From positions 608,001 through 672,000 of the forward strand of contig CAWDYW010000003.1 in the NCBI GenBank assembly GCA_963806855.1: a stretch of 64,000 bases of DNA, in the 5' to 3' direction. Both the position numbers and the translations under genes were made by a program. The DNA comes from an uncultured Verrucomicrobiae bacterium (lineage in GTDB: Bacteria; Chlamydiota; Chlamydiia; Chlamydiales; Rhabdochlamydiaceae). This document shows positions 23,683 to 34,919 of this stretch, in pieces. The stretch's first letter is position 1, and each line of letters begins with the position of its first letter. Below the pieces are notes generated by a model. The model was given only the letters and a program-made list of their open reading frames with translations, ran no database searches and was not told the origin of the DNA.

Positions 23683-25000
23683 ATGATAAACTTAAAGAAG
23701 ATGAGTAAAGCGCTCATCCCTTTATCGCTAATGACAATGACTGGCGCGTTTGCCGAATCAGAAATTGCGGACAACTGCTCCACAACAAATTGTTGCCCAC
23801 CAACATGCTGCAAACCTTGCTGCGTGCCCCAACCTAAAAAATGCATCGACTGCGAATGCTATAACCCACAATTCTACGATCTTCAGTGTGATTGGGGTGT
23901 GTTTGCAACAGTTGATTTCCTTTATTGGTATGCTCGTGAGTCGAATCTCGAGTTTGCAAATACAATTCAATATTCAGCTACACCACCTGCTGGTCCAACT
24001 TCTGTCCAATTAGGATATGTTGTAAAACATCATTATCTCGAGTCAAAATGGGATGCAGGGGTCCGAGCAGGTCTTGGTATGAACTCAGATTGTGATGGTT
24101 GGGATCTATACCTAAATTGGACTTATATTGATAACCATAAGAGTGGTTCCAAATCTGCTCCTACCTTCACCACTACTACTGATTTCACTGCAAATGGATT
24201 AGTCAATGGTGTAAATGATCCTTGGGCATCTCCCATTGATCCTGCTGATGGTGTTTCATTTGTTCAAGTAGCTGCTCCTCAAATATCGGCAAAATGGTCG
24301 GTGATTTTTAACCAGATCGATCTCGAATTTGGTAAAAAATATTGGGTAAGCAAATGCTTTACTCTTAGACCCTATACCGGTGTACGAGGTGCATGGACAC
24401 ATACCAATTTCCATGTCGAGGCAGATAATCCATCAGTATTTGTCAGCGGGAACACTACCACCGTATTTTCTAGCACTGACTCCAATAAGTTTAGAAATAA
24501 ATTTTGGGGAGTTGGGGTCCTAGGCGGATTGCAACCCCAATTCGTCTTCGGCGATTGGTGTGGATGTGGGGGCTTCAGCCTTTATGGGAATGTAGAAGGC
24601 GCTCTCATCTGGGGAAAATATCAAGGACGTAATGCTCTTTTCCATACACTAACGGAAACAGATATTGCAACTGGAATCTCTACGTTAGATTCTTTAACAA
24701 GCCCAGTGGAGAAAGATAACTTTTCTCGTATGCAAGGGATTTTAGACCTTGGCATCGGAATCCGTTGGGAAGAAACTTGGTGCTGCGATCGTTATATGAC
24801 CTCGATTGACCTTGGTTGGGAACACCACTACTGGTTCGATTTTGGATTATATCATCGAACAATTGGAGGAGTCGTCGTTTGGTGAAGTGGATACCACCAC
24901 TGTAGTTGAAGTTGGAACCCATACTCCAATTGCATCGAATAACTTCGTGACTAATCTGGGCCTTGGTGGTCTAGTCGTCCGTTTCAGACTCGATTTCTAA
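23683..25000 (+). CDS. Cys-rich MOMP-like porin, copy 2; frameshift near 24880
   Basis: Close paralog of copy 1. The C-terminal strand RLDF is in the adjacent frame (24806-25000). Confidence 0.85.
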
Positions 25001-25023
25001 TCTAGAAATCAGATCCTAGTAAT

Positions 25024-25055
25024 AAGCACCCGGCTGCGGCTGGGTGCTTTTTTTT
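25024..25055 (+). terminator. Rho-independent terminator
   Basis: AAGCACCCGGC-TGCG-GCTGGGTGCTT followed by a T tract. Confidence 0.85.
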
Positions 25056-25149
25056 AGATGATGGGTAAAAAAATTAATTGTCATATATTAAAAAATTTAA
25101 TATTAGGTTGTCTTAAGAGGTAAAATAAATTTTTAAACCTAGGAGACCT

Positions 25150-26457
25150 ATGAAGGATTTAAAGAAATGGAGCTGTGCGCTCATTCCAATGTCTTTAATG
25201 GCAATGACTTGCGGATTTGCTGGAGAGGAGAGCGGAGATAACTGCTGCTGCGAGCCCTGTTGCCCGCCCAAAAAATGCATCGACTGCGAGTGCTATACTC
25301 CTCAGTATTATGATCTCCAGTGCGATTGGGGAGTCTTTGTGACCTGTGACTTTTTGTATTGGTACGCTGCTGAGACTAATCTCGAATATGCCAATTTGAT
25401 TCAATATACATTTCAGACTCCAACTGATAACGGTACAGTCGGGGCTCAATATGGTTATGTGACTCAGCATAAATATCTCAATACAAACTGGGACGCTGGG
25501 GTGCGGGTTGGGGTGGGAGCCCATACGCTGTGCGATGGTTGGGATCTCTTCTTAAATTGGACCTATTTTGATAACAATATCCATGGTTCAAGAAGCGAGC
25601 CTCTCAGCACAACTACAGACGAGCAATTTGTAGATGGGCTGATCAATGGGGTCAATGATCCTTGGGCTGCGGTCGATCCAATTCGCAATTTTACTCAGGT
25701 TGCATCACCAAGGGTAGCTGCGAAGTGGTCGCTGATTTTCAATCAGATGGATTTGGAATTTGGAAGGAAGTTTTGGTTATCCAAGACGATGCTTGTAAGG
25801 CTCTACAGCGGTCTCAGAGGGGCGTGGACTCATACGAATTTCACTGTGAGTGCTAATTATACGGCCACTTATCTGCCTCTCAATGGAATACCGGCTGGAT
25901 CAGTCACCGAAGAGGCGCAGTATAGAAATCGGTTTAGGAACCGTTTCTGGGGAGTGGGGCTTTTAGGGGGAGTACAGCCTGAGTGGGCATTTGCGAATTG
26001 GTGTTGCAGTGACTTTAGTCTCTTCAGCAATTTTGAAGGAGCTCTCATTTGGGGTAAATTTAAAGGGCGCAACCTTTTTCAATTCAGTTTAACAACAGAC
26101 GATGCTTCGAATATCAACGGCGGGACTGCCATTGCAGGGGGAGCAGGGTTCCCAGCAACTGTCGCTGCGAGTCCACTTGAGGTCGATAGTTTCTCTCGTA
26201 TGCAGGGGATTTTAGACCTTGGAATCGGGCTCCGCTGGGAAAAGCATTGGTGCTGCAACCGGTATAGCACTTCGATCGATCTGGGTTGGGAACACCACTA
26301 TTGGTTTGATTTTGGATTATACCATCGGGCCATTGCCGGGGTAGAGCAATCTGACGTAAATTCGGTGATCGAGTTCATGACTCCGCTCGGAACCAACAAC
26401 TTCGTGACCCATCTCGGTTTCGGGGGACTTGTGGTTCGAGCACGGCTCGATTTCTAA
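25150..26457 (+). CDS. Cys-rich MOMP-like porin, copy 3
   Basis: CCCEPCCPPKKCIDCECY N-terminus, same strand motifs, ends RLDF. Confidence 0.85.
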   Translation: MKDLKKWSCALIPMSLMAMTCGFAGEESGDNCCCEPCCPPKKCIDCECYTPQYYDLQCDWGVFVTCDFLYWYAAETNLEYANLIQYTFQTPTDNGTVGAQYGYVTQHKYLNTNWDAGVRVGVGAHTLCDGWDLFLNWTYFDNNIHGSRSEPLSTTTDEQFVDGLINGVNDPWAAVDPIRNFTQVASPRVAAKWSLIFNQMDLEFGRKFWLSKTMLVRLYSGLRGAWTHTNFTVSANYTATYLPLNGIPAGSVTEEAQYRNRFRNRFWGVGLLGGVQPEWAFANWCCSDFSLFSNFEGALIWGKFKGRNLFQFSLTTDDASNINGGTAIAGGAGFPATVAASPLEVDSFSRMQGILDLGIGLRWEKHWCCNRYSTSIDLGWEHHYWFDFGLYHRAIAGVEQSDVNSVIEFMTPLGTNNFVTHLGFGGLVVRARLDF

Positions 26458-26458
26458 T

Positions 26459-27209
26459 ATGAAAGCGATTTGGAAGGGTTGGCTCAGCTTTGGTTTAATC
26501 AACATTCCGGTCAATTTGTATTCGGCGACGGTTGAGAAGGAGTTGAGCTTCCATCTACTTCATAAAAAGGATCTCTCGCCTATTCACTACTCGCGGGTAT
26601 GCGACAAGGATGGCAAAGAGGTCCCCTGGGGAGATATCGTCAAGGGGTATGAGCTCGAGAAGGGGCACTTTGTGGTCTTGACGGAAGAAGACTTTGAAAA
26701 GGCCAATGTCAAGCGGGTCAAGTCGATTGAAATTTTAGATTTCGTCGATGAGGGACAGATCGAGTCGGTCTTCTATGAAAAACCCTACTATTTAGAGCCG
26801 CAAAAGGGGGGCACTAAGGCCTATCTGCTGCTCCATCGGGCTTTACTCGAGTGTGGCACAGTGGGCGTGACTAAATTTGTCATTCGCAATCGAGAACATT
26901 TAGGGGTGATCAAGCCTTATAAAAATATGCTGGTGCTCAATCAACTCCGCTTTGTTAATGAACTTCGGTTGCCGGCGATCGAATTGCCCAGGGCCTCTTT
27001 TTCTAAGAAAGAAATCGAGATGGCCACTAAGCTCATCGATCAGTCGACGGTTAAATTTAATCCAAAGCACTACAAAGATGAATATCGAGATGAGCTGCTT
27101 GATCTGATCAAACACAAAGCAAGGGGAAGAGACCGCGGGTAAAAGGAAAAGCACCAAGGAGGGCAGTTAGTGCCGATTTGACCCGAGTCTTACGTGCGAG
27201 TTTAATTGC
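26459..27209 (+). CDS. ku: NHEJ Ku protein; frameshift near 27125, 3' end approximate
   Basis: [42 protein letters not shown]; typical tail [10 protein letters not shown] in the next frame. Confidence 0.9.
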
Positions 27210-29550
27210 ATGTCCATCACAGATGATGAGTTGCAGAAAATCGATGCCTATTGGCGGGCGGCCAACTATTTGTCGGTTGGACAAATTTATCTCTATGACA
27301 ATCCGCTATTAAAAGAGCCTCTCCAATTAAAGCATATCAAACCCCGACTGCTCGGCCATTGGGGAACGACGCCGGGCCTTAGTTTTATCTATGCCCATCT
27401 CAATCGGATCATCAAGAAATACGATCTCAATATGATCTATGTCACCGGTCCTGGCCATGGCGGTCCGGCGCTGGTTGCCAACACGTATTTGGAGGGGACC
27501 TATAGCGAGTTTTACCCTCAAGTTTCCCAAGATGAGCTGGGGATGAAGCTGCTCTTTAAGCAGTTCTCGTTTCCTGGGGGGATTCCCAGCCATGTTGCCG
27601 CTGAAACTCCCGGTTCGATCAATGAGGGTGGCGAGCTCGGCTATAGTTTGGCCCATGCTTTTGGAGCTGCTTTTGACAATCCTGATCTGATTGTCACTTG
27701 TGTGATTGGGGATGGGGAGGCTGAGACGGGGGCGCTGGCGACGAGCTGGCATTCGAATAAGTTCTTAAATCCGGCCCGCGATGGGGCGGTCTTGCCGATT
27801 CTCCATCTCAATGGGTATAAAATCGCCGAACCGACGGTGCTAGCGCGCATTAGCCGCGAGGAACTGACCGAGCTGCTCATCGGCTATGGGTATTGTCCCT
27901 ATTTTGTCGAAGGGGATGAGCCGATGCAGGTGCATCAGCAATTGGCGCTCACGCTCGATGTTGTGGTAGCCGAAATCCAAGCGATCCAAGCCGATGCTAG
28001 AGCTCACGGCTTTACCAAACGGCCCCCTTGGCCCATGATTGTCCTTCAGACGCCGAAAGGGTGGACGGGACCGAAAATGGTCGATGGGGTCCAGATCGAG
28101 GGGACCTTCCGAGCACACCAAGTGCCTCTGCTCGATTTTAAGAAATATCCGGAGCATGTCCAAATTCTCGAAAAGTGGATGAAGAGCTATCGCCCGGAAG
28201 AGCTGTTTGACGAGTAGGGGAAGGCTCTATCCGGAACTTGCTGAATTGGCGCCTAAGGGGGAGCGGCGGATGGGAGCGAATCCGCACGCAAATGGGGGGC
28301 TGCTGCTTAAAGATCTGCAGCTGCCCGATTTTCGACAATATGCGGTCGATGTTTCCAAACCGGGCAGCGTGATTGCTGAAGCGACTAATATCTTCGGGAT
28401 TTATCTTCGCGATGTGATGAAACTCAACTGGGATGAGCGAAATTTCCGTGTCTTTGGCCCTGATGAGGTCGATTCAAATCGGCTCGGCCATCTATTCGAT
28501 ATTACAGATCGAACTTCGACAGCCAAAATCTTGCAAAGCGACGATCATATCGCAGCCGATGGAAGGGTCATGGAAGTGCTCAGTGAGCATCTCTGCGAAG
28601 GGTGGTTGGAAGGGTATCTGCTCACCGGCCGGCATGGATTATTCACCTGCTATGAAGCTTTCATCCATATCATCGACTCGATGTTTAATCAGCATGCTAA
28701 ATGGTTAAAGGTTGCTAATGAGATTCCTTGGCGCAAACCGATAGCCTCACTCAATTATCTGCTCACTTCGCTCGTTTGGCGGCAAGACCACAATGGATTT
28801 AGCCACCAAGATCCGGGCTTTATCGATTATGTAGTCAACAAGAAGGCCAGTATCATCCGTGTCTATCTTCCTCCCGATGCCAACACCCTCCTTTCAGTGG
28901 GAGCCCATTGTCTGAAGAGCCGCAATTACATCAATTTGATTGTCGCTGGGAAACAACCGGCGTCTCAATGGTTCGATATTGAGGCGGCTGCAGAGCACTG
29001 CAAAAAAGGTTTAGGCATATGGCAGTGGGCTAGCTGCAGCGGGGAGCCCGATCTGGTGATGGCCTGCGCTGGCGATGTGCCGACGCTCGAGACTTTGGCA
29101 GCCGTCACCCTCCTGCGCGACTATTTCCCTCAGCTAAAAGTGCGTGTTGTCAATGTGGTCGACCTCATGACGCTGATGCCACCCAGCGCCCATCCTCATG
29201 GTGTAACCGATGAGGAATTCGACGCCCTGTTTACCAAAGATAAGCCGGTGGTTTTTGCTTTCCACGGCTACCCCACCTTAATCCATCGTCTCACATATCG
29301 ACGGACCAATCATGCACAAATCCATGTGCATGGCTATAAAGAGGAGGGGACGACAACGACTCCATTTGACATGGTTGTGTTGAATGAGCTCGATCGGTTC
29401 CATCTCGTTTTGGCCGCGATGAAATGGCTCGGTTTGGACGGGGGAGTAAAGGCTAAGTTAGAGAAAAAGCTAGAGGAGCATAGGACCTACATCCATCAAT
29501 TCGGGGAGGATATGCCCGAGATCCAAAATTGGAAGTGGCTTGCAAACTAA
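27210..29550 (+). CDS. xfp: Xylulose-5-phosphate/fructose-6-phosphate phosphoketolase; frameshift near 28210
   Basis: [57 protein letters not shown]. Confidence 0.95.
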
Positions 29551-29602
29551 GTGCCGGCCCATGCCCGAAAAAAAGGTTGGCAGGGCAGGGACGGGCACGT
29601 TA

Positions 29603-30686
29603 TTATTTGATGATTTCGCCGGTGATGAAGCGGTAGACGAAACAGTTGTCTTGCTTTTGCAGCTCCTCTTCCAGGCCATGATCCCGTTTGAAATGGGGAA
29701 GGAATGGCTTGGGGAGCTGGTGCCCGGAAAGGAATTGTCTCATGCAGAAACGGGCGCCTGGCTTTGCGGTCTTAAAAATCGCTTGGATCAGCCGCTCAAA
29801 ATCTGGAGCTGTCAAGTAGGAGGCGACATCGGAAACGGAGAATCGATCAAATTTTTCTTCCTCGATCGATTCCAGGTAGTCGACGAAGTTGGCTGTTTTG
29901 CTGGTGAGTCGATTTAACCGAGAGCGGATCCGTTTTGTCCCACGTTCGAGCAGGTGAGGGGAAAAGGCTTCCTTTTCTACTTTGCCTTTGAGCAGTAGCG
30001 AGAGGAGGGGACTCTTTTTAGCTAGATGCCGATTTAAATAAGCGTTTAGTCGCTGATGAATGTAAAGACCTGGGCTAAAAGAGGAATCCACTGAGAGATA
30101 TAACCCAGGATCTTTAACAAATAGGCGAGAGAGGACGGGGTTTAATGCGAGTTCGAGCGATTTCTTCCACGAAGGGGTTTCCCATTCGGAGTTGACAAAA
30201 GCTCTCTGCTGCTCGAGGTCGTCAAAGGCAAATAACTCATCCACTTTTGATCCTCGGAGCGTTCGGATCGCTTTGGAAACCCAAAAGAGTAATCGCTCGA
30301 CCGTTCCTTGATAGATGACCCCATTTGTAATCAGTTTGCTCTGCTTGGTCCAATAGTCTTTGGTATCGGGGGGGAGCTGGTCTACGATTTTTTGAAATAA
30401 GTGCTGCCGATTGGGGTGGTCGTGGATCCCCATAAACGCGAGATAATCTTCGTAGTCAAATTCGGCGATAGCAGCGCTTTTGAGGCTGCAGTAGGTGGTT
30501 CTGAATTGGATTGGCATCGATCGCCAGAATCTCTTTACAATCAGAGGTGAGGAGATTGAGCGGCCGATCGCCACTGGCCGTGATGCAAATGACCGAATCA
30601 TTAGGAGAAATCTGCAGCGCCCGCTGCTCAGTCAACCAATCTTCATTGCCAAAACTATAACTAAGTCTCTCGAAAAAATTCGCCAT
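29603..30686 (-). CDS. DUF3419 / BtaA-like SAM-dependent 3-amino-3-carboxypropyl transferase; frameshift near 30490
   Basis: YSFGNED, VICITASGD..LNLL, AIDANPIQ, FDRFSVSDVASY, AKPGAR. Confidence 0.75.
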
Positions 30687-30755
30687 TGATTCCTTACCTT
30701 ATCTGGATATATCCTTGGGTAAGAAATTAATATCAACAAATTTTTTTAAATTCTT

Positions 30756-31946
30756 ATGACCCATACTTCTAAGAAACCTCAATTTTTGATTCTGATCTTC
30801 CTCGTCTCCTTCGGGTCAGTTAGTGCCGTTCTGTTTACCCCAGCCCTCCCGAGCATTCAATCCTTCTTTGGGGTCTCTGTTGGTGCGGCGCAATTGACGA
30901 TTACCGCTTATCTAATTGGGTATGCTCTGGGTCAACTTCCCTATGGCCCGCTGGCGAATCGGTTCGGCAGGAAAAAGGCGCTCTATATAGGGATGTGGCT
31001 CGCGGTCATCGGCTCCTTGCTGTGCGCCCTCTCTGCCCCTTTGAAATCGTTCGAGCTATTAGTGGCGGCCCGATTTTTACAAGCTCTGGGTGCTTGTGTC
31101 GGCCTGAAGGTCAGCTTTACGATGATCGCCGATGTCTATGACCAGACTCAGGCGACAAAAAAGATCTCCCGCATCCTCCTCTCATTTGCGATCATGCCGG
31201 GAGTTGCGATTGCGATTGGTGGGTGGCTGACCCAATATTTCGTATGGGAGAGTTGTTTTTATTTTCTCGCTATTTTAGCTCTTCTGATGCTCTTGCTCAC
31301 AATGCGTCTGCCTGAGACTGCTCACTCTCTTGACCCCCACGCACTCAAAGCGAGTTCGATCATCCATGGCTATGGGTTGAAGTTTAAGAATGAGCGGATT
31401 GTGATCAGCGGGCTGATGCTCGGGTGCTGCTCTGCAATCGTCTATATCTTCGCCGCTAAAGCCCCTTTTATCGGAATGAACTTGATCGGATTAGAGCCGG
31501 TACGTTTCGGACTCTACAACCTGATCCCTTTGATTGGGATGGTGCTTGGAACGATTCTGTCTGTCAAACTCGCTGGCAAATTCGAGGTGCTCAATCTCCT
31601 ATTCATCGGAATGATCGCCGCCTTCATCGTGACTTTTACGATGCTCGTTCCCTTTGCCTTTGGGTTGCTCAATCCATTGACCCTTTTTTGTCCGATGGTG
31701 CTCATCTATTTGGGTGAAACGATCGTCTATGCCAATGCTTCTTCTTTAGGGTTGGCCCATGCCAAAAATAAGTCAATTGGCTCGGCAGTGATCAATTTCA
31801 TCAATTTGAGCGGCACGGTTGTCGCTGTTCTCATCGTAGAATTCCTCTATCCCGAATCGCCGCTTCTAATGCCTCTGAGCTTCCTCGTTGCCTTCTGCCT
31901 GATGCTGCTTCTGTGGCTGCGACTGAAAAAGTTAGCAGTCTCTTAA
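30756..31946 (+). CDS. Bcr/CflA-type MFS efflux transporter
   Basis: About 12 hydrophobic segments, PALPSI, YGPLANRFGRK, RFLQALG, LPET. Confidence 0.88.
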   Translation: MTHTSKKPQFLILIFLVSFGSVSAVLFTPALPSIQSFFGVSVGAAQLTITAYLIGYALGQLPYGPLANRFGRKKALYIGMWLAVIGSLLCALSAPLKSFELLVAARFLQALGACVGLKVSFTMIADVYDQTQATKKISRILLSFAIMPGVAIAIGGWLTQYFVWESCFYFLAILALLMLLLTMRLPETAHSLDPHALKASSIIHGYGLKFKNERIVISGLMLGCCSAIVYIFAAKAPFIGMNLIGLEPVRFGLYNLIPLIGMVLGTILSVKLAGKFEVLNLLFIGMIAAFIVTFTMLVPFAFGLLNPLTLFCPMVLIYLGETIVYANASSLGLAHAKNKSIGSAVINFINLSGTVVAVLIVEFLYPESPLLMPLSFLVAFCLMLLLWLRLKKLAVS

Positions 31947-32052
31947 GTTGCTGATAATCAGTTAAGCTTCGGCTTAAGTCCTTTTTTCTGCAAAAATGAA
32001 GAAAATAACCCCCCTATTTTCAGCAAAAAAAATGAGGCCAAGGTTTCCTTAG

Positions 32053-33058
32053 TCAATTTGATGTGAAAGCATCTGTCGCGCGGATTAGGGCGTCTAGGAT
32101 GCCAGGTTCGGTGGCGGCGTGGCCTGCGTCGGGGATGATCTCCAGCTTTGCTTCTGGCCAGGCGCGGTGCAATTCCCAGGCGCTTTCCATTGGACAGGGA
32201 ATATCGTAGCGCCCTTGGACCATGATGCAGGGAATATGGCGGATCTTATCGATATTCTCGATGATCCAATTATCGGTTTTGAAGAAGGTGTTGTGGATGA
32301 AATAGTGGCACTCGATCCGGGCAATCGAATCGGCCGCGTCGTCAGCGGTGTAACTGGCGAAGTTGGCCGGATCGAAGAGGAGTTTGGAGGTGCCCCCTTC
32401 CCAGCCTGACCATGCTTGCGCGGCCTCTTTGCGCACTTTAGGGTCGGAGGAGGTGAGTCGCTCGTAGTAGGCCTGCACAAAATCATTCTCGCTCTTCGGG
32501 AGGAATGGGAGCTGTATACTGCTCCCAAAGATCAGGGAAGATCGCATGAGCGCCAAACTGGTAGTACCAATAGATCTCTTTCGGGCGGCAAAGGAAAATG
32601 CCTCGGAGGATAAGCCCTTTCACTGATTCTGGATGCTCGATTGCATAGGCAAGCGCTAGCGTGCTTCCCCATGAGCCGCCAAAGACGACCCAATTTTCGA
32701 TGTTTAGATGGGCGCGCAGTTGCTCGATATCGTCGACAAGATCCCAAGTAGTGTTGTTCTCGAGGCAAGAAAAGGGGAGGCTTTTGCCACAACCTCTTTG
32801 GTCGAAGAGGATGATCCGGTAGAGGGCGGGATCGAAGAAAGATCGGTGATAGGGATAGATGCCGATGCCGGGCCCGCCATGGAGAAAGAGGATCGGTTTT
32901 CCTTCGGGATTGCCACACTCTTCAAAATAGAGACTATGGCCCCCATCGACAGGGAGATATCCGGTCCGATAGGGCTCGATAAGGGGATAGAGGGTGCGCA
33001 AATTTTCTGCAGTCAGTATGGAACAAACAGTGAGGAGAATGATGAGGACTCTTTTCAT
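32053..33058 (-). CDS. pip: Prolyl aminopeptidase with signal-peptide-like leader; frameshift near 32490
   Basis: RTLYPLIEPY, LHGGPG, DQRGCGKS, GGSWGSTL, QGRYD, DAGH. Confidence 0.92.
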
Positions 33059-33105
33059 GATGCATAAGGATGCACATTTTATCAATTTTCTACTAGTGTA
33101 AGAGC

Positions 33106-34488
33106 ATGAGGAAGTTTCTCTGTGATCAGATGTGTGCGGAACTGGGGCGGTGGCTGCGAGCGGCCGGCTACGATACGGTGATTGTCGATGTCTCCATGGA
33201 TGATCGGGCGATTTTTCAAAGGGCTGTGGAGGAAAAGCGGCTTTTGCTTACGAGGGATCGCTATTTCAAAGAACTGGACCCGAAAGGCGAGACAGTCGTT
33301 TTTTTGGAAGGGGAAGAGATCGATGATTGGGCTGAGCAGTTGCGGGAACGGGGAGTCGATTGGCTCTATCGCCCTTTCACTAGATGCCTGGTGTGCAATT
33401 CGGTATTTGAAAAGAGGGGGCTAGAAAGATGGTATTGCCCGATTTGCGAGCAAGAGTTTTGGCTCGGCTCCCACACGGAGAGTATGCATCGGCAATTGAG
33501 CAGGTGGAACCGAGATTTGACGATCGGGTTCGGGGGAGATGTGATGATCGGAAGGCTGGTCAATGAGATTCTCGATCAAAAGCCTTCATCGTATATTTGG
33601 GGCGATCTGCTTCCGATTCTCAAGAGCAATGACTTGAACGTAGTCAATTTGGAAACGACGCTGACGACAAGTATGGCGAGGGTTCCGAAGGTATTTAATT
33701 TTAAGGCCGATCCTGAAAAGGTTGCCGCTCTGAAGGAAGGGAGGATCGATGTGGTCAATCTCGCCAATAATCACTGTCTCGACTTTGCTGAAGAGGGGCT
33801 GCTCGAAACGATTCGGGTATTAGATCTGGCTCATATCTTCCATGTTGGGGCAGGTAGAGATCTAAAGGAGGCTAAGGCCCCTTGCGTGATCGAGAAGAAG
33901 GGGATGAAAATCGGTCTTTTAGGCTGCACCGATAATGAGCCAACGTGGAAGGCGACAACATCTCGACCGGGGACCAATTTTTTAGAAGTAGGCGATTTAG
34001 ATGCGATTCGAGAGTCGATTGTCCGCTTGCGCCCTCAGGTGGATTTGCTGATTCTCTCGATGCATTGGGGGCCCAATATGCGGCAAAGACCAGCTGCCGA
34101 TTTTCGCTCTTTTGCCCATGAACTGATCGATCTCGGAGTCGATATTTTGCATGGCCATAGCGCCCATCTTTTTCAGGGGGTTGAAATCTATAAAAAAGGG
34201 CTAATTCTCTATGATACAGGCGATTTAGTCGATGATTATGCAATCGATCCGATTTTGCGCAATGACCGCTCTTTTTATTTTGTGGTGCAAGTCAATAAGA
34301 AGGGGATGGTATCGCTGAGGATGATTCCGACGATCATTTCGGAGTGCCAAGTCAACATTTCGAAAGAAGATGGGGCGCTGGAGCCGATGGAGAAGCTTTG
34401 CAATGAGTTAGGGACTTTTCCAAGTAAAAAATTGGTTGAATCTGATATAGAGATATTAACTGTTGATCTCCCTGGAGGCCCCTTCTGA
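33106..34488 (+). CDS. Fusion of Mut7-C (PIN-like) RNase domain and CapA/PGA_cap metallophosphatase domain
   Basis: FLCDQM..LGRWLR..GYD, LLTRD, RCLVCN, CPIC..W.GSH; then GDVMIGR, NLET, LANNH, HWG, HGHSAH, YDTGDLVDDY. Confidence 0.8.
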   Translation: MRKFLCDQMCAELGRWLRAAGYDTVIVDVSMDDRAIFQRAVEEKRLLLTRDRYFKELDPKGETVVFLEGEEIDDWAEQLRERGVDWLYRPFTRCLVCNSVFEKRGLERWYCPICEQEFWLGSHTESMHRQLSRWNRDLTIGFGGDVMIGRLVNEILDQKPSSYIWGDLLPILKSNDLNVVNLETTLTTSMARVPKVFNFKADPEKVAALKEGRIDVVNLANNHCLDFAEEGLLETIRVLDLAHIFHVGAGRDLKEAKAPCVIEKKGMKIGLLGCTDNEPTWKATTSRPGTNFLEVGDLDAIRESIVRLRPQVDLLILSMHWGPNMRQRPAADFRSFAHELIDLGVDILHGHSAHLFQGVEIYKKGLILYDTGDLVDDYAIDPILRNDRSFYFVVQVNKKGMVSLRMIPTIISECQVNISKEDGALEPMEKLCNELGTFPSKKLVESDIEILTVDLPGGPF

Positions 34489-34502
34489 ATACTTTTGAAA
34501 AA

Positions 34503-34919
34503 ATGCTCTTTTTGAAATCTCTTGCTCTCTTTAAATTCGTAAAAGATGATGTCTTGCTTGGGCTTAGCCCCCTTCTGGGAGAGCAGGTGGTCAAAGGAGG
34601 GGAAGCGATCATTAAAAAAGGAGAACTGGGGACGACGATGTATTTGGTTGTCACAGGACGGGTGAAAATCCATGATGGAGAACTGGTTCTCAAAGAGATG
34701 GGCGATCATGAGGTCTTTGGTGAATTATCGGCACTATCTCCTGAAATCCGAACTGCTTCGGTAACGGCGCTCGAAGAGAGTTTGCTGCTCAAAATCACCC
34801 ACCGCGTTTTGGAGGATTTGATGGAGATCGAACCTGGTTTATCTAAGGGAATCATTCACGTGCTCTGCCAACGGGCAAGGTCAATTGCTACCGATTTTAA
34901 TCAATTTATGGTGTCGTAA
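34503..34919 (+). CDS. Cyclic-nucleotide-binding domain protein
   Basis: IIKKGELG..MYLVVTGRV, FGELSAL...RTASVTA. Confidence 0.9.
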   Translation: MLFLKSLALFKFVKDDVLLGLSPLLGEQVVKGGEAIIKKGELGTTMYLVVTGRVKIHDGELVLKEMGDHEVFGELSALSPEIRTASVTALEESLLLKITHRVLEDLMEIEPGLSKGIIHVLCQRARSIATDFNQFMVS

